Source: Malacoraja senta | Taxonomy: Eukaryota | Assembly (NCBI GenBank): GCA_038087875.1 | Contig: CM075991.1 | Location: forward strand, 9,178,001-9,242,000 | DNA length: 64,000 nt | Direction: 5' to 3' | In this document: one piece after another, positions 60,160 to 64,000 of the stretch | Numbering within the stretch: the first letter of the stretch is position 1 | Layout: each line of letters starts with the position of its first letter | Notes under the pieces: generated by a model | Told to the model about the DNA's origin: nothing | The model's database searches: none | What the model saw: only the letters and a program-made list of their open reading frames with translations | Program-made: the position numbers and the translations under genes

Positions 60160-60907
60160 TTACTGGACTTCACCCTGCACGAAACGTTATTCCCTTTATC
60201 CTGTATCTGTACACTGTGGGCGGCTTAATTGTAATCACGCACAGTCTTTCCACTAGAAACTGGTGAAAACCTACATGGTCATTGGGAAAATGTACAAACT
60301 CTGCACAGACACAAACCTGGGTCTCTGGCGCTGTGAGCCGTTTGTTTAAGTATTCATCTCTCATCTCATTCAGTGCCCTTTTCATGATCTTCTCCATGCC
60401 CTCACTAATCTTCTGCAGTCTACCGATGTACGAGTGAAGCTCTGATATCCATGATTAAAACTGATGTAAATCAAGTGGAGTGGCTGAGCCACACCAAGCC
60501 TGGGCATTGCAAGCAAGAAGGAATGATTGAGCGATGTTCTGAATGCCAATGCATGTGAACTCCACAGAAAGCATGAGTCAGAATGAGAAATGTCATGATT
60601 GCCTGGAATCTGTGGTTGTAACGATGACAGAACTATCAGTTTTACCGTCATTACATTGTGAGGCTGACAGTAACTCCTTAAGTACCTGAAGAGAAGAATT
60701 ATCCATTGTGAAGGATGAGCCCCAGTGGTGAATCACCCCGAGCGAAGAATTACCGGAGCAAGGAATTATTTCCAGTTGAAAATTATTCTCAGGGTAGCAC
60801 AGTAGCCCAACTGGTGGATCCGCTGCCTCACAGCACCAGGGACCCGGGTGCGATACTGACCTTGGGTGCTACCTGTGTGGAGTTTGCACGCTCTCCGTGA
60901 CTCGTAA

Positions 60908-61489
60908 AGGCCTGTCTCACAAGTCTGCGGTCATTGGCGGCGAAACGGGAAGAATCTGCCGCCATAGACCGCGCACTCGTGAGAACGCACAATTCCGGGG
61001 CCGTGCGGCGGTGTTGCCAACACCGCACGGTGCTAAAATAAAACCTACACTGTTGAAAAATATTTTCCTACCGCACAGCCTCCACCAGTGATGCATGAGT
61101 GCGGCACGGCCGCCCGCACGGGCCGCCGCCAGTGTGGCTCGAGCGCCGTGCGTCAAACTTGCACTGCCACAGCCTCCGCCAGTGAGGCACGTGTGCGGCA
61201 CGGCCGCAGGCACAGCCACCGCTACTTCGCCGTGATCAGGACGGCCGCCGCCACAGCCGCCGCTGGTGAGTCACGTGCGGCGGGCCGACGTCATCGCAGT
61301 CGGCCCGCCCTTTTTTTTACTTACCGCAAGCACGTGGGACCAGCCGTATTTGAATCACGCGGCCCCCGCGCAGCATCCGTGCGGCGCTCCCGTGGATAGG
61401 CTCGGCGCTCTCGCCGTTGCCGTGCGGTCCACTCTACAGGCGAAGCCGCGCTTCACCGCCGATGACCGCAAAGACGTAAGACAGAGCCT
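60908..61489. mobile_element. PIF/Harbinger-type MITE, family C
   Basis: Homologous to 14375-14913; TSD TAA/TAA. Confidence 0.82.
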
Positions 61490-62145
61490 TAACTCAAGCT
61501 TGAATGTGCGTTATTGAAGAGGCAACTTATGCATGGTCTTCCATGTCTGCAATTTAATCCGTAGCTCCCTCCCTTCAGTTTAGTTCTGTTCAGTTTAGTT
61601 TATTGCCACGTGTACCGAGGTGCAGTGAAAAGCTTTTTGTTGCGTGCTATGCAGTCAGCGGAAAGACAATACATGATTGCAACTGAGCCATTGAAGTGCA
61701 TCGATACATGATAAGGGAATAACCTTTAGCGCAAGGTAAAGCCAGGCAAAGTCCGATCAAGGATAGTCCGAGGGTCACCAATGAGGTAGATAGTAGTTCA
61801 GGACAGCTCATGGCTCTCATTGCTATCTGTTATCCCAACCCAGCTCTGGTAGGTGAGCTGTAGGGGAAAGGGAAGAACAATGGAGGGGAGCGCAGGGAGG
61901 GAGGGGGAAGAATGATGGACAATGGTGAGGGAGGTGGGTGAGGGGGGGGAACAATGGACAATGGGGATCTGGTGTGGAGGAACCGATGTGGGGGGAGGGG
62001 GGGGTGGGGAAACAAAGGAGGTGCCGGCGTGCTTTGTAACATTGTCAGCGCCGTAGGTGGCCGCTATTTGTATAGATTGGGTATGCGGGCAAAGAATTTC
62101 ACTGTGCCTCGTCACCTGTGACACTAAAGTATTCCTTTCCAGTAA

Positions 62146-62453
62146 AGGGGCCTGTCCCACCGTACGAGCTAATTCAAGAGTTCTCCCGAGTTTCCCCTGA
62201 TTCGAACTCGGAGAATTACGGTAATGGCCGCTCGTAGGTACTCGGGGCTCTCGTGGACATTTTCCAACATGTTGAAAAATCTTCACGAGCTTACCTCGTT
62301 TCCCGAGTACCTGCCGTTAGCGTTACGAGCCGCTAAGAGACGTCCCCGAGCTCCGACGTACCCCCTACGTACATTCTACGTGCTTACCACGAGTTAGATT
62401 TTTTTTTAACTCGGGAGAGCTCTTGGGTAAACTCGTACAGTGGGACAGCCCCT
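62146..62453. mobile_element. PIF/Harbinger-type MITE, family A
   Basis: Homologous to 31-361; TSD TAA/TAA. Confidence 0.85.
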
Positions 62454-63421
62454 TAAGACTCCAGCTTATATGTTAGACTCGAGTGTCTACCTTCTGTATA
62501 TAAACCAGTGCGGGCTGCCGAAGCCAGCCAGCGATAACTTCTGACAACCTTCACGCTGTGAAGTAATAGCTCACCGGCACCAAAACACCAGGAGCGCACA
62601 TACTGTTTGAAGGCTCTGCAGAGAAGCTCAATGTTTCTTGACCCATGTAGACATCCGTGCCTTCAGGAAAGAAAGACAGATAACAAACAACCAGGTGGAT
62701 GCCCATAGGACGTACAAACAAATTGGCACTGGCAGTCAGATTTTCCATCCGTGATAAGAAGTCAATTTATTTATTTTGACCCAACTTTCTAATTACTCTG
62801 GATACATGGCATTTCATTTCCTTCATGGGAGAGAAAAGCCTCCCACCGGCAATTCTTTTTATCCTATAATAGAAGCCACAACCTCAAAACTAGTGAAGCA
62901 AAATTGCTAAATTAGATTTTGTGATTCCGAAAATAGTTTTACACAACTTTGTGTTTGTTCTTTTCCTTTATGATAACATTCATACCTCTCAATTATATTC
63001 GTGTCTGCAACTCATCCTTTGTTCGATATTTAAACCTTTGGAAACCGCAAATTTAGTTCCAGCCTACACAGCTCATTCCCAGGTCTCTGTTAATCTGTAT
63101 ATAAACCCCAATCCATTGATTAGTATCCAGCCTATACCTTCATCATTCTGTATTTATGCCATCTGAGACCCACAATTAGATTCTCAGCCTCTGTTACACA
63201 CTCCTAGGTGTCCCCTTATTCTATATTAGAAAGAACATTCACATCCTGTTATTAGATCCCACTCTGCAACTCCCAGACGAGAATTTGTTGTTCACTATAT
63301 CAACCATGTCATCTGCACAATTCACTGCCAGGTATCTATTGTGTACACAAACACTCCGAATCTGCACCCAGGGCCAATGCACGGCCCACACAAATGAGAA
63401 AAAGAGATAGGTTTAGCTTAG

Positions 63422-63646
63422 GTAGACAAAAATGCTGGAGAAACTCAGCGGGTGAGGCAGCATCTATGGAGCGAAGGAATAGGCGACGTTTCGGGTCCCG
63501 CACCCCCCACATCAGTCTGAAGAAGGGTCTCGACCCGAAACGTCACCTATTCCTTCGCTCCATAGATGCTGCCTCACCCGCTGAGTTTCTCCAGCATTTT
63601 TGTCTACCTTCGATTTTTCCAGCATCTGCAGTTCTTTCTTAACCAT
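63422..63646. mobile_element. Penelope-derived insert: inverted partial pLTR plus direct pLTR
   Basis: 14-bp TSD TAGGTTTAGCTTAG (63408, 63647); near-perfect inverted arms of about 75 bp. Confidence 0.85.
63517..63544 (+). ncRNA. Minimal hammerhead-ribozyme-like motif
   Basis: CTGAAGA-A-GGGTCTCGACCC-GAAA-CG-TC. Confidence 0.5.
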
Positions 63647-63659
63647 TAGGTTTAGCTTA

Positions 63660-63986
63660 GTTTACTTCACAGATACATCGCGGAAACAGGCCCTTCGGCC
63701 CACCGAGTCCGCACCCACCAGTGATCCCCGCACATTAACACGATGCCTACACGCACTAGGGACAATTTACACTTATACCAAGTATACAAACCCAAGACAA
63801 TTAACCTACAAACCTGTACGTCTTTGGAGTGTTGGGTGGAAAACGGAGATCTCGGAGAAGAACCACGCGGTCGTGGGGTGAATGTACAAACTCCGTACAG
63901 ACAGCACCCGTAGCCGGGATCGAACCCGGGTCTCTGGCGCTGCAAGCTCTGTAACGCAGCAACTCCACCGCTGCGCCACCGTGCCG
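63660..63986 (-). mobile_element. V-SINE (HE1-like), full length
   Basis: Reverse-complement SINE pattern ending GCGCCACCGTGCC. Confidence 0.85.
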
Positions 63987-64000
63987 CCCGTAGTTCCGAC

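Noticed and set aside
60400..60560. Branch point plus acceptor (CACTAAT..CTGCAG) suggesting a terminal exon
   Set aside because: Short unrecognised frames and no supporting upstream exon in the window.
1..64000. Prokaryotic operon, defence system or phage
   Set aside because: There is no gene-dense coding structure; the recognisable ORFs are fragments of vertebrate-type transposable elements.

Overview
This is eukaryotic, repeat-saturated intronic or intergenic DNA, not prokaryotic. The repeat content (HE1-like V-SINEs, HER1/CR1-like LINEs, SacSINE1/AmnSINE-like relics) points to a cartilaginous fish, probably a skate or ray (inference). I found no supportable host protein-coding gene, rRNA, true tRNA gene or CRISPR array; the recognisable long ORFs all derive from transposons or low-complexity DNA. 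Retroelements include many CR1, L2, Rex1/Babar, L1 and Tx1 fragments, about 25 tRNA-derived V-SINE copies, Penelope-like pieces (one with a GIY-YIG endonuclease remnant), a 1.2-kb internally deleted Gypsy element with both LTRs, and a probable DIRS end. DNA transposons include a deleted Tc1, 11 Harbinger-type MITEs in about five families, two 8-bp-TSD MITEs and a Tigger5/MER47-like MITE. The most notable signals are roughly 20 intact or degenerate minimal hammerhead-ribozyme-like motifs in Penelope-derived mini-elements (two are independent 105-bp insertions with 14-15-bp TSDs), the miniature LTR element, the MER47-like MITE and a rearranged region at about 50-54 kb. Most repeat boundaries were read by eye and are approximate unless a TSD is quoted; family names rest on recalled consensus sequences, not database searches.
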